Below, piece after piece: positions 27,831-42,098 of a stretch of DNA of 64,000 bases. Origin of the DNA: Octopus sinensis (taxonomy: Eukaryota). Both the position numbers and the translations under genes were made by a program. The DNA lies in assembly GCF_006345805.1 (NCBI RefSeq), contig NW_021835469.1, positions 5,495 to 69,494 on the forward strand. Direction: 5' to 3'. The notes beneath the pieces were generated by a model that was not told where the DNA came from, did not search any database, and was given only the letters and a program-made list of their open reading frames with translations. Each line of letters opens with the position of its first letter. The stretch's first letter is position 1.

Positions 27831-30800
27831 TTATCCTGCTGAATTGGCCTTAAATATTATTTTCGTGTAACAACGAATTGTCGTTAAATTTTATATTTAT
27901 ATTCGCTCATGTTAATCTGACCAGCCCCCAAAAGACGCAAAGAATTTCCTAGTGTTTTAGCTGTGTTATGTAGAATTTTACTTTTTGTGAGCTTGCTCTC
28001 TGAATATTTTTTTGAGAAGTAAAAGGCGGAACTAAATAGTGATTGCTCGGCAAGCTCCAACTCTCGAAATTAACGATCGCCGTGTGCTTCAAATGCCACC
28101 GCAACTACCACCACCGCAGCCACAAATGATAACGTAAGACTTGTTGAAGATGAATAAAAAAGTAACAAAGATAAGGATAGTAATATTAAAAGATGTTTTA
28201 CAACAGTGACGCCACAACTATCCCCAATACATCTAAATCTAACAGCAAGGCGAAGAGAATTGAATCAGCAGCAAATTCAACATGCCTAGCACGGAGAAGA
28301 AAAACAACCCATCATATAAGGCAAAGAGGACGACACCAACAGCAAATTCATCACTGCAATAGCAATTATCAGCAAGTACAACAACAATAAAACGGCGTTA
28401 AAAAAGAAGTATGGCGACAAAGAAAGGAATAGGAACATCTACAGCACATCCACTGCTACATCCCCCGCTTCTAATATGTTTGCATGGAAAACTTTTGGTA
28501 GCAAGAAAACTATTCTCGCCGCTGCTATTAAGTATTGGCCATTTGCCAACGCTATTCCAGTTTCTGAATTGATCAAGCAATCAGTAAAGTGTTTGCCAAG
28601 ATTGAGTTTAATTGTGAAAATAATCCAGATTCTAAGATGTCTTAAAAATTGCCCGGTTACTTGTTGTACAGTCAAACGTAACATGGAAAGCAGTCCAATA
28701 TAAATGAATAAGCGAATGCGGAAAATATTAATAGAAAGATGATATGGAACAAACCTAAGGCATATAAATTTAGGAAGTGACAGGTAGCTGATTCAGTAAA
28801 GCAGATGTATTAATCACGTCTGAGAAAAAAGAGAAACCAACCCAAGAAATCCTATAAAATGCTTGAAAGTGGAGTCTGTTCACATAGTAAATATATCTCT
28901 GCCGATGAGTGGTAAAATCAGATTAGTTGAAATCCCATTAAATTTGAGAATTTGCTGCTATGAAACTGATCGTTTTGAGAATACGTTTTCCGAATTATTA
29001 TTTTACTCCTTAAAGTTTGTTTTAACCAAAATTACTCGGATACAGATATATTTCTAAAGCTTGTGGTGTACTACTGACAGATAAAAATAAAGTTTCTGTT
29101 TTTATTTTGCAACACGTAGATATAGTGCTGCAGGGTATGATCATTGTAAATGCTGAGTTTATCTAAAATGTAAAATTGAATAAGGAAACTCAAAACATTA
29201 CATAATATCGCTCATGAAACCATCCTTTTAATTTTAGTAACAAAAATGTGATGTTACAATGTTATACAGAAGACGTAACACGACCATCTCTGGCCGGTCA
29301 GTAATTTAAATGAAGTTTTCATGCGGCCTGCGTCTTATATTCCAAACAGATAAATAGACGGAGGAATTTTAATTAAGAATTAAATCTTTTATTCTTCTAG
29401 AAGTAGTGTGCACAATTTCAAAGGGTCCTCTCCTGTGGTATGGATATTTGAAGATGAGAATATTCCATATATGAACTTCCAATGCCAAACATTTCTATTT
29501 TGGATCGACGAGAGATATTGTGTTTAGCATATTTGATTATGTAGAATTTTAACTTTGTTTCATGTCATAATCGTGTTGCATCATTTGTATATGATATTCT
29601 GTTGGACTCCTATGCTAATCGTCACGGCGGAATTCAGGCTAAAACATGAAGAATGTATATTCGTACTTGCCCTAATACGAACAGTAAAGACATGAGAAAA
29701 GATGATCTGGATTAATGAACATACAAGAAGGTTTGCATGGCATCATATAGGTGAGGAAAAGAAAAAGCTGCAGAATGCAAGCTGTCTGAGACCATGTTGC
29801 AGAGGAAACAGAAACGGAAAAATACCCAGTCTTCTAAGAAGTTTTTAGAAATATTTATGCCAGATGCCCTTTAAAAGTTGAACTTATAAATGCAGGAGTT
29901 CTGGAAAAATACACAGTATTTTAGTATTAAATTGTGAACATTATATTCCCTTTAAGTTCAGATGGGTCCCCTTATGAATCGTTCAAAATACTAGCTAGAA
30001 GTATCGGTTACGCCTGAAAAACTGTGGAAGAAAATTGGTTTCATATATTTTAAGAGTAGTAATCCGAGAAGAATTGTTATAAAATGCAATATAGGCATAT
30101 TTGCTACTCGTGACAGTGATAGCAAGTGAAAGATTTCCCTTCTTAGTAATGTTGAGTGAGATCTACCTCCATGCAAACACAATAAAACAGCAATCGCAAC
30201 AATATCAAAGAGAAGAGTTGTGACATCAAACAGAAGCAAAATATTAGCAGCATAGCTAAAACATCTAAATCAGTGAATGGGATAATTATAAAACCTTTGA
30301 AAAGAGGAGCATCACCTACGTGAGAATCCCTTAATCAAAATGTAAACACAATAAAAATACATAAAATTTATAAAAATACACAAAATTTCACATTCACACG
30401 CCAAGCATTCATTTTACTCTACGACGCTATACACAAGAAAGCTATATCAAAACATATACGATAATATTGGGACTACGCAATAGGACATGGTGACATAACA
30501 TTTGAAGCTGATACCCATACTGGAGTTTAGACTAGAGAGGTTGCTGAGATTGTAGCTCGGTTATATACGACACAGATGTATGTTTCCACACACTGCCATG
30601 CGCCTCTGAATAGAAAAATAATCACAATGTTTAATATGGTCCATCCAGATTAATATAATATGAGATTATGTTTACGTCCTCGTCATCAACACAAATATAA
30701 ACTAGAGCAAAAATTGAAAACTTGCACCTTGATTGAGTTATACAACACCCCAAGTATGATGTGATTTTCTCTGTTTTGTCATGTAACAGCTGCTTGCCTG

Positions 30801-32336
30801 GTTATTCTGTCCTTTTCCCCTTCTGGTAGAGAAAATTTTCACAAAAGCTGTTTGTTTGATATTCATACCGTCCTCTAAGAAGACTTTTAGCTGTACATGA
30901 GGATTGGCAGTGTGAGGTGAGGAGGCGAAGAGAGGTGTTATGGTTGCAGTCAACATTATTTTCTTAACGATGAATTGACTAATGCGTGTTTCTACATTCA
31001 CATATACCACTCATCACCTACTTCAAACAAATGCATTCTTGATTAAGCTTCGACCAACTCTGGCTGTACTGTGTGTAAGAATCTATCAAGTGATCCCAAT
31101 ACGACTTTTGTAGTTCCCAATTCAGCATCGTATAAAATAATATTTAGCGTGTTGAAGAGACGAATTTTCTAGCAAAATCATTGCTACCACTCTGATAAAT
31201 AAGTCAATTGATGGATTTTCCCAAAACGTATTTTGCAAAGGGATTACCGCTGGCTTCTAGAAAATAGTAGTCTGACTATACTTTTGAGTTATCATTAACA
31301 TTGGTAATGAAATTTACAGATAGTGAAGAGCTGTACATATGACGTTTTTGCATGTCAAAACTATGTCTGTCGCGGTTACATGTATGTTTCAGTTTTTAAT
31401 TTTGCTTTCATGGGAAATATTCCAAGCTATTTATTACGTAGAGTAACTCAGCCGAATTCACTATAAAATCGTGCACAACTTCATATAGTCAATAATATCC
31501 GTCAAGTTTTTTTCAGTCTGCTGTCTCAGATTTCAAACGTAAATATTTTACTCTTCGATCAATTTTTCGCTGATTTTTAAAAATATATTAGTGGGAGAAG
31601 ACGAATGCTGATACGGAAATGAGACTCTTTGCCCAATAAATTCACATGAATTGCTGAAGTCAACATGTCTGCTGTCATATGTATGGCAGCTTGAAGACAG
31701 CCATTTCCGATGTAAAACGCTGATCGGTGGATATATTTGATATTTCATCCATGGCTTTTGAATTAGAAATTACTAATCCAAAGTAACTTTGTATTGCATC
31801 GATCATTGTTTACTACTATCTCACTTGTACCATTTTCGTCATTATAATTATATATTTCACTACTTAAGGAAAAAAATAACCTTCAGTATTAATAGAGGTG
31901 AAAAAAAGTACTATTAGTACTAACGCATTAGTATCGTATAATCATACATCTCATTTGTATAAATTTCAAAAGCTTATAGATGCCCACAACTGAAATCTTT
32001 ATTATCACACGAAAAACGATATTCAGAGATGTTAAGCTAAACAAAATCATTGCCCGCAGTTTCATACTCATCGTTTGGAAGACATATGCATTGAAGAAAG
32101 AAAAAACAGAAAAAAAATAGAATTAAATAAACTATGTTAATTAGAAAGCGGTAACATTCAAATAAATCAACATAATTTAATCTGCCATTGCTTAATTGGA
32201 GTGAGGAAACTGCGGAAACATACGAAATTAAATTGAAAATGGATATGAAATGAGTAAGACAAAAATATAAGAAAATCACAGAAATACCAGGATGAAGAAA
32301 TGACATATTGAATTTCTTGGAGAATAGCAATATATA

Positions 32337-32372
<36 letters not shown>

Positions 32373-32378
32373 TATATA

Positions 32379-32416
<38 letters not shown>

Positions 32417-33819
32417 CGTAAAATAAGTGTCTTTAAAATTCATACTCTAATACGTTCAATTCTCAATACAGAATGGCTAAAGGCTAGGTATGCATATATA
32501 CCTATGATATACTTATCAGCATCTTCGTGGATGCATTTTATATAAAAAGGTAAATGATCCCAGACAAAATAAAAATAATTGTCAACGGTGAAAGCACAAA
32601 AGTTCTGTAAAAACAAAAGAATAAGAATTTTTTTATGCATTGGCTTTTTATTTCTTATTTGGTGATGGAAGCAGTTAAATGTATTTTGGATAAGTGACAA
32701 GGGAAGTGAAGAGAAATTTCTGAGATGCATTATCGCTTTGTTTGTATTTGTAGTTTATATTTCCCCTGTGAACGAAGACATTAAGTGCAGTGTACTTGTA
32801 GAAACGTAGTATGAAAACCAGCTTCCCTCCATGCTGTGCGACCTGTGCTTCACATTCTATATTCCAAAAGCTGCTATTTGGCACAAATCCTAAAACGTCT
32901 TTGTACTTGTTGAAGCTATTGAAGATTTTACATACTAAGATTATTCTTCAAGAGAAAATATACATATATGCATAAATTATTTATCTTGTGCTAAGTACGT
33001 GAGTAAGAGCTTGGTTTCCATGTCTCCACGGATGAAATTTTCCATGGCCCATGTCGTCATCATGGGACATGTCTTCATCACTGGACTAGAATGTTAGCAG
33101 GTGAAGGGAATAAAAATCTGCTGTACGATTTAGTACGATAGCATATTTGAAAAAAATACGGCACGCATCTCTATATGACATTCCCTCAATAAAGAGGATG
33201 GCACGTAATGTGTCACCCAGTGACGCCTCCAAATGTTATTTGTAGTTAGTAAATACATTAAAATTTCCTTTGGAACGCAAAAGTTTATTAATTCCCTACA
33301 TATTCGCATCTCTGCAATGGTTCGCTTTTAGATGGTACTTTATTCAAAGAAAAAGAAAGTACAAAATTTCATTTCTTTCAGATACGTATACCATACTGAG
33401 GATTCTCTAAATCTCAGAAACACGATTAAATTATTCTGGAAAAAGAATTCGCTTATAAAATATGGATGGTCTTTCTTTTGTTTTTGTTTGTTATTCTCAT
33501 CATCAAAATCTTTGTTCTTACATCATGCATCTTTACGGAAAATAGGTTTACCATTATTAGGGCTCGTTTATACAGCAGTAATATACGTTTACTATTAGTT
33601 TTGCATATCTTTATATTCTGCTCTTTGCTTAGATCCCAAAATAGGATAAACATTAGATTAACTAGTGTATTATTTTTTGTAAATCATGAAATCCGCTATG
33701 GCATAAAATTTCCAATATAAGTAACTACGACACGTATTACCCGATTTAGATTTCAAAACTTTTTCAGAAATATACGAAAACATTTAACAATTGAACGCAT
33801 CAGTAGCAAAATATTAATG

Positions 33820-34470
33820 TATTGGGTCAACTCATAAACAATGCGGATTTTTGAATTGCATGAACTAAAAGTCGGAGAGGTATGTGATAAACTACTTGCA
33901 TCAGATTGCTATAAAAGAGGTAGTAAAATTACCGTGTATCTATTCTGAGTGTTGTTCGCTTTTAAAAGCTATAATGGAATTGACAAAGGAACATATACGG
34001 CATATTTTGATTTACGGGTTCTGTAAAGACAACAATGAAACAGGAAGAAAAAGGAATATTAATGCAATATGTGGGGATCAGACAATAAGCGTTAGCCACT
34101 GTCAACGGTGGTTTCAGAAATTCCAAGTTAGAAAACTAGAGCCTAGAAGACGAACCGCGTCCTGGAAGATTATAGAGCTCGACGAGGACATCCTGCAAAC
34201 CCTGGTGGAAACGTAAATCTCTTCGTAGCTGTGAAAGAAGTAGCAGCTAATCTTGGATTTGTTTAGTGAACCATTCAGCGACACTTACTTGCCATCGGAA
34301 AAGTCAGCAAATTGGCTGAATGTTTTCCTCACAAACATTCTGAGCCAAATCATGCGTAGAGACAAAATTTGTGCCCTTCTTTGCTATCACGTCTCACGAA
34401 TCAACATTTTTAGGACCGAATAGTGATTGGTGACACAAAATTAGTTTTGTATAAAAATATCAAGCACTGA
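33820..34470 (+). mobile_element. Mariner 5' half (HTH region to the first catalytic D), degenerate
   Basis: TIR-like tattgggtcaactcataaacaatgcggattttt. Reads MELTKEHIRHILIYGF..CQRWFQKF..ELDEDILQTLVE, then HLLAIGKVSKLAECFPH and FLDRIVIGDTK. Confidence 0.85.
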
Positions 34471-34817
34471 ATACATTTATTAGGTAGGTAAAAAAGTAAT
34501 TAATTCCGTAGTCTTCAAATTCAGTTGGACGCAAAAATTATAAATTGAATATGCAAGGTCAGTACAGTACTGGAGGTCTATATTCGTGACATGTATTTTG
34601 AAAGACGGGCAGTTCAAGACTACTAGAGAAATGTAACAGCATTGTAGAAAAGAAAGATAGTATATTTTATATTAAAACATAATTTCGTTTATCATAATGT
34701 TGAAAAGTAAAAGAAGTATAAAAAAACACATTATTTATAGGTTGAATAGATATTTTGAATTTTTATTATATATAATAATTATTATAATCATCATCATCAT
34801 TACTCTTATTATTACTA

Positions 34818-35030
34818 TAAGATGCGCTCCAAGAACTTTTAGCACCCTGGATGAAATGCCTAGTGGTATTTCGCCCGTCGTTCCGTTCTGAGATTAAATT
34901 CTGTCTAGGTCGACTTTCCATTCATCCTATAGGAATCGATAAATTAAGTACCATTTGAAAACTGGGTTCGATGTACTCGACTAGATCCCTTACCCTTAAA
35001 AGTTTCAAGGCCTTGTGCCAAGGGCAGAAA
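34818..35030 (+). mobile_element. tRNA-derived SINE ending in (AAT)n
   Basis: Contains ttagcaccctggatgaaatgcctagtggtatttcgcc..gttctgag..ggtcgactttccattcatcct..gataaattaagtacca. Same family as 14290 and 58149. Confidence 0.75.
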
Positions 35031-35069
35031 TAATAATAGTAATAATAATAATAATAATAATAATGATAA

Positions 35070-37400
35070 TATAAGCTAGTTCAGATGCTCAATGGAATTA
35101 TGAGAGACCCAAAGAAAACACCTGAATGGTTAGCAAGTGGCATTACTTACCTACTCCCAAAGAATAACGAAACCAACCTTCCAAAAAACTATCGGCCTAT
35201 AACCTGTCTATCCACCACGTATAAAATCCTAACATCTATCCTGGCGGAGAAAACATATGCATTCATGGAGAAGAACGATATTTTCCCCATTGAACAAAAA
35301 GGGTGCCGCCGAGGCTCTTACGGATGCAAAGATCAACGGCTAATCAATCGTATGATCCTTGAGAACTGTCACAACAAGCGCAGAAATCTCAGCACCGCAT
35401 GGATTGACTATAAAAAGGCCTTCGACAATATACCGCATCCATGGATCTCGAGATCGCTGGACATCTTCAAAATTTCCCCTGCGATTTCAAACTTCCTGAA
35501 GCACAATATGTCGTTGTGGAATACGAATCTCCAATTATACCACTCTAATGGAGTACTTGCCTCAGAAAATATAAACATCAACTGTGGAATTTTTCAAGGT
35601 GACTCACTTACACCTTTAATATTCTGCATAGCCCTAATACCCCTTACAAGTGAATTAAACAGAACAGGGTATGGGTATAAAATTGCCAATAAAAAAATAA
35701 GCCATCTATTTTATATGGATGACTTAAAACTTTATGGTAAAGACAATAATGAACTTGAAAGCCTATTGCGCACCGTGAAATCATTCAGCGATGACATCGG
35801 GATGGAGTTTGGACTTGAGAAGTGTGCCAAGGCCACTTTCCAGAAAGGGAAAGTGAAGACCACAATTCAGTCGTGTTAGATGTTGACACAGTCATAAGAG
35901 AGCTTGAGCAAGAACAAACATACAAATATTTAGGGATAAATGAAGGCTCTGGTATTCAGCATGCAAGCATGAAAGAGAAGATCAGGAAGGAATGTTATAG
36001 GAGAGTTCGTGCAGTCCTGAAATCTGAACTTAATGCACGTAACAAGGTGTTAGCTATAAATTCCTTAGCAGTTCAAGTTGTTACTTATAGCTACAATGTG
36101 TTGAACTGAAATATGAGTGAAGTAAAGAATATAGATATGAAAATACGCAAGCTGCTGAGTTGTAATAGGATGCACCACCCAAAGGCAGACGTAGATCGCC
36201 TTTACCTTCCCAGAGCCCAAGGAGGTCGAGGCCTGATCCAATTTGAACTAGCTTACAAAACAACCACAATTGGACTGGCCAAATATCTCGAAATAACGAA
36301 TGACTGGATGCTAAAGCTCGTGGAAAATCACGAGAGACGAAAGAAGCTTCATTCTATCATAAAGGAAAGCAACAAATTTGCTATTGATCTCGTGCAGGAT
36401 ACCCAGACTGAACAACCCGAGGGACGTACGGCAACTATTGTTGCAAAAAAAAGGTAAAAATAATGACAACGAAAAAAGCGCACGAGCAATAGGTAGGAGG
36501 AAAAACCTCTGCACGGCAAATATGTGACCCGCAGCAAACAAGCTGATGTTGACCAGAAGCAAACCCATCAGTGGCTGCGGGCTGCGGAGCTCAGGGCTAA
36601 AAGCAGAGAGCGAAGGTTTCATCCTGGCTGCTCAAGACCAAAGCCTATCAACCCGGAACTACCAGGCCAATGTGATGAAAAATGGAGCAGACCCAAAATG
36701 CCGATTCTGCAACGACATGATTGAAACAGTGGACCACCTAATCCCTGGATGTAAAGTCTTAGCACCAGTGGAGTATAAATTAAGACATGACAGAGTTGGC
36801 CAATATCTCCACTGGCTAATAAGTCGGCATTACAATATCAACACCCTGAGGCTGTAACTGAAGGAGAAAATGTAACCATTCTGTGGGACTTTCCAGTACA
36901 TACAGACCGAATCATCAAGGCCAATAAACCAGATATTGTTATGAAAGAACAAAACAATGTGATCATAATATCTCAGTGATCATAATATCTCAGTGAAAGA
37001 GTTTGACAAGCTCAGAAAATATAAAGACCTACTCATTGAAATTGAGAAAATGTGGCATCTCAAGGCGGTTACAATACCAGTGATCGTAGGAGCACTAGGA
37101 ATGATCAAGAAGGGAATCGAAAATTATATGAGAATGATCCCTGGCTTACCATCCCTGCAAGAAGTGCAAAAGATTGTCTTAACTGGTACATCACACGTAT
37201 TGAGAAGAGCATTGTTAATGTGAGAACTGTTGCTGCTCATGCATTTTAATTTACTTTAAAAAAAAAAAAAAAAAAAAAATGAACGAACTACTGAGTTTGG
37301 TTTAATGGCCTACCAATATACACTATGAGTTTCCTTGCCCTAGGAGTCGGGAAGACACTCGGCAAGAAATGGAAGAAAATTTGAAAGAAGAAGAAAAAAA
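35070..37400 (+). mobile_element. R4/Dong-clade non-LTR retrotransposon, 5'-truncated, frameshifted (subfamily 1)
   Basis: RT motifs NYRPITCL, EQKGC, WIDYKKAFD, GIFQGDSL and YMDDLKLY; CCHC finger CRFCNDMIETVDHLIPGC; RLE motif KPDIV..KYKDL. Flanked by (AAT)n on both sides. Confidence 0.93.
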
Positions 37401-37568
37401 GTAATAATAATAATAATGATAATAATAATAATAATAATAATAATATAATAATAATAATAATAATAATAATGATGATGATGATGATGATGAAGATGATGAT
37501 GATAATGATGATGATGATGATGATGATGAATGCAAAAAATAATAATAATAATAAAATAATAATAATAA

Positions 37569-37599
<31 letters not shown>

Positions 37600-37622
37600 G
37601 TAAAAATATTAATAAAAATAAA

Positions 37623-37661
<39 letters not shown>

Positions 37662-37741
37662 TAATAATGATAATGATGATGATGATGATGATGAAGATGA
37701 TGATGATAATGATGATGATGATGATGATGATGAATGCAAAA

Positions 37742-37808
<67 letters not shown>

Positions 37809-37865
37809 GTAAAAATATTAATAAAAATAAAAATAATAATAATAATAACAACAACAACAACAACA
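37400..37865. repeat. Compound (AAT)/(GAT) microsatellite with a ~204-bp tandem duplication
   Basis: The unique spacer gaatgcaaaaaat occurs at 37528 and 37732, and agtaaaaatattaataaaaat also occurs twice. Confidence 0.9.
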
Positions 37866-37870
37866 CCATT

Positions 37871-38405
37871 AAATGACCTGATGCATTACAAGACAGTCGC
37901 TCTCATGGTTTCTGATCTGAACTGATTGGAAGTGTTATCATGTACATTGTTTTGTCTTGGTATAAAAGATGGGCTACAGCAAATATTCTGCTCACTACCA
38001 CAGATTTGCTTGACAGTTGTTTGATCTTAACCTGTTGACTATGTCCCTTAGTGGCTGACGACATGTGCATCTCTGATCATGAGCAGAAGTAGTTGGGAAG
38101 CATCATAGGCACATGCTGAAAGAAATTCTTAGAGGTTTGGTTAATTCAGCTTTGGAAACACGGGTGTTTCATTCAACATCCTTAAGCAAGCCTTATGCAG
38201 GGATCTTTTGAACGGGATGGATTACTCGACCAGAAGATAATTCTAACAAGGTCATGCGGTGTTATCTTGATATGAGATCACAATGTCGCGCATGTATGGT
38301 TGTGATACATGTGCCTAGGTTACCCTTATCAGACGGGTAGTCATGATGGGTATAGGGACTTCGTATATTCTACCCTAGTGTCATGGCATGCACTGCCCTC
38401 TCACT
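37871..38405. mobile_element. ~540-bp non-coding interspersed repeat embedded in an (AAT)n array (copy 1)
   Basis: Aligns end to end with 60343-60900. No ORF, tRNA head or TIR is visible. Confidence 0.85.
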
Positions 38406-38516
38406 GAAAAACGACAACAACAACAACAACAATAATAATAATAATAATAATGATAATAATGATAATAATATTAATAATAATAATAATAATAATATTAATG
38501 ATAATAATAATTAATA

Positions 38517-41500
38517 GTATACGCAGCAGCCACTACAGCCACAAAAGAAGCTGGATACTCACTCAAACCCATCCAAACAGGAGTACCACCACCCAAACAA
38601 ACTCTGTGGATAAATAACATCCAAAACAAAATACAAAAAATGAGAAAAGATCTGTCGATCGATTCTTAATGAAATCAGTCGACAATCAACGCTACTGAGC
38701 AACAAAAAGAAAACAAAAATACTCCGCAAATACAACATCACAGAAAAAGATTTACCTGAGATAAAAGAAAAGCTAAAGCAAGATATCCTTGCCAAAGCAC
38801 AATGGATCCGCCGGTACGAGAAACGTCAACGTTTCTTTGAACAAAACAAAGAGTTCAACTCCAACCCCAAAAGGTTCTACCAAGAACTTGGCAAAGATAA
38901 AATAGAAATCACTGCAGCACCAAAGGCAGAAAAAGTGGAAGAATTCTGGAGAGAAATATGGTCGGCGAACGAACAACCAAAAATCAGGAGTATTAAAACA
39001 ACAAACTCAGCATCTGAGCAACTTTGGACCCCCATAACAACTGAAGAGGTCACCCAGGCACTGCCAAACCTGAGAAACTGGAAGGCATCTGGGCATGACA
39101 AGATCCCCAACTTCCGGTTGAAATATCTAACAGGAATGCACAAAAAGCTGGCTGAAAACTTTAACAACATACTAGCAGAGCCAGAGACAATGCCAGAATG
39201 GCCCACGAAGGAGAAAACCATCTTAATTCCCAAATCAAATGAGACAGCAAAACCAGAAAACTACAGGCCAATAACCTGTCTCCCTACAATGTACAAGGCA
39301 TTTACTGCAGTGATATCGCAAAGGTTGAACAAGCACCTGGACGAAAACAACCTGTTTCCAGAAGAGCAGAAAGGATGCTGCAAAGGCTCATATGGCTGTA
39401 AAGATCAACTAATGATTAATAAAGCCATAACTGAAGACAGCCACAGAACGAAGAAAGGCCTCAGTATGGCCTACATCGACTACAAAAAGGCGTTTAATAG
39501 CATCCTCCACATATGGATCCTCGAACACTAGCCATTAACAGGGTAGCACGAACAATTATAAAATTCATAAGACACTCTATGAATAAATGGCAAACAGTGC
39601 TACAGCTCCAAACAAAAGAAGGACTCATGAAAACCAAAGCCATCCCCATTAGAAGAGGGATATTCCAGGGAGACATGCTCTCTCCACTCCTTTTCTGCTT
39701 GGTACTGTCACCTCTGTCTGATATGCTAAATAGAATGGATGCGGATATAAATGTTACGGCAAAACGATCAGCCACCTTTTATATATGGATGGCCTAAAAC
39801 TATACGCTGCAAATGACAAACAGCTGGAAGCACTATTAAAGACAGTTCATGAATTTACCAAAGAAATAGATATGAATTTTGGATTATAAAATGCGCCAAA
39901 ATAACCCTGAAAGAGGAAAACTAGTTAGGAGTAGCAACATCACCCTACATAAAACCAATGAAATAAAATATTAGATCAAAGCCAACCTGACAAATACTTA
40001 GGAATCCATGAACAAGATAAGACACAACACACACAAATGAAAGAGAAAAGAAAAAGAATATTATAGACGAGTTAGATCAATACTAAAAACAGTGGTCAAT
40101 GCTAAAAACAAGATTATGGGTATTAACACTTTAGCTGTCCCTGTTATAAGTTACAGCTACTATATCCTTAACTGGCCAGTAATTGAACTGACCAAAATAG
40201 ATAGGAAAACAAGAAAAATAATGACAGGTTCTAGCATGCATCACCCCAAATCTGACATAGAAAGACTATATATACAACGTATAGAAGGTGGTAGAGGCCT
40301 TATACAGCTGGAAATCTACTATGAAATAACCACCATAGGACTACAAGAATATCTACTTCAGAAGGAAGGAAACTGGTACAAATAGCGGCAAAACACGAGC
40401 AAATCAAAAATCTGTTCTCAGTATTTAAGGAAGCTGACAAACACAAACGAGAAATCATGCCACCTAACAAAAATGAAGGAGATGAAGAAGAAGATGGAGA
40501 AGAAGAAGAAGAAGAAGAAGAAGAAGAAGAAGAAGAGAAGAAGAAGAAGAAGAAGAGAGAAGAAGAAGAAGAAGAAGAAAAAGAAGAAGAAGAAGAAGAA
40601 GAAGCAACAACAAAAGCCATAACAAATGAAATCCAAACTAAAACTAGAACAGCAAAGAACCATGATTAAACGATGGCAAGAAAAGCCCGTTCATGGTAAA
40701 TACTGGACTAAACTAAAGGCAAAAGAAATAGAGAAAGAAAAATCCTAGCAATGGTTGAGAAGCACAGGACTCAAAGCAGAGACTGGGGGATTTTTAATTG
40801 CAGCACAAGACCAAAGCCCCCCAACCAGAAATTACCAAAAACATGTAATGAAAAAAAATATAACAAGTAACTGCAGAATATGTGGAGATGGACAAGAAAC
40901 AATAAATCATATTATCTCTGGCTGCCCAGTCCTGGCTAAGAAGGAATATATTCACAGACACGACAGAGTTGGAACCTACATACACTGGAAGCTATGCCAA
41001 CATTATGGAATAACAACAGAAAAAAGATGGTATAGGCACACACCAGAAAAGGTCACAGATAACGAGAAAGCAACCATACTCTGGGATATGCCGATACAGA
41101 TAGAGAAATTAAGGCCAACAGCCCAGATATAGTTGTCAGAGATCATGAAGAAAAAAATGCTTTCTAACTGATGTATCAATACCGGCAGATGACAACGTAT
41201 CTCTAAAAGAAATGGAGAAACTTTCAAAATACAAAGACCTGGAAATAGAGGTAACCAGAATGTGGAATCTAAAAACAGAAACAATCCCTATCATAGTAGA
41301 TGCATGAAGCATGATAAATAAATATTCAGACAAATACATAACAAAAACACCAGGACTTACAAACACATATAACATACAGGAAATTGCACTACTAGGCACT
41401 GCACACATCCTACGCAGAACACTTTCCATACAATAACCATCTGAGCATCACAACAAATCACAGCACATACCCAAGGCACACAGTGCTGCGCTCGGTAGTG

Positions 41501-41530
41501 AAGTGAAAGCACGCTATAAAAATAAAACTA

Positions 41531-41533
<3 letters not shown>
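38517..41533 (+). mobile_element. R4/Dong-clade non-LTR retrotransposon, 5'-truncated, frameshifted (subfamily 2)
   Basis: Motifs NYRPITCLPTMYK, EEQKGC, YIDYKKAF and GIFQGDMLSP; CCHC finger CRICGDGQETINHIISGC; RLE region. (AAT)n tail at 41534-41583 and (AAT)n upstream. Confidence 0.93.
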
Positions 41534-41586
<53 letters not shown>

Positions 41587-42000
41587 CACCATCACTTTTT
41601 ATTTATTATTTTTTATTCCTTAAATTTTTACTCAAATTTTTAATATTCAGCTATTATTTTTATTTATTATTTGTATTTCTATTCATTCGTACATGCTAAG
41701 TAAGATTATACTGAAGATATAGGGTATCATGGAAGAATATAAAAGATAGGGTTGATGAAATATGTTGAGGAAGCCAGACCTGAAGTTTGAAAGCATATCA
41801 ACCCGAATAAGTATTGGAACTAGATACCCCGAATCTAATCAATACCGACGAACTTTCATGAAACACATGTAGTCTTATAAACGGAAAATACAGAATTCAG
41901 AGTATATATATAGTTAGTATAATATATTTTAACATTTTATGGAGTGGTGGGTATAAAGCCTTTCAGTTTTGATTGAGTCGAAGATTGTTCTGTCTCTAAA

Positions 42001-42002
<2 letters not shown>

Positions 42003-42090
<88 letters not shown>
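42003..42090. repeat. (TA)n(GA)n microsatellite
   Basis: Seen directly in the sequence. Confidence 0.95.
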
Positions 42091-42092
<2 letters not shown>

Positions 42093-42098
42093 CAAATA

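Noticed and set aside
28193-28703. Short non-repetitive ORFs as possible host exons
   Set aside because: No recognisable domain, low complexity and no supportable splice structure.
29991-32900. Hydrophobic ORFs (29991-30239, 30738-31010, 32440-32884) as a membrane-receptor pseudogene
   Set aside because: No GPCR or channel motifs were recognised, and AT-rich DNA yields F/I/L-rich frames by chance. A translated search would be needed.
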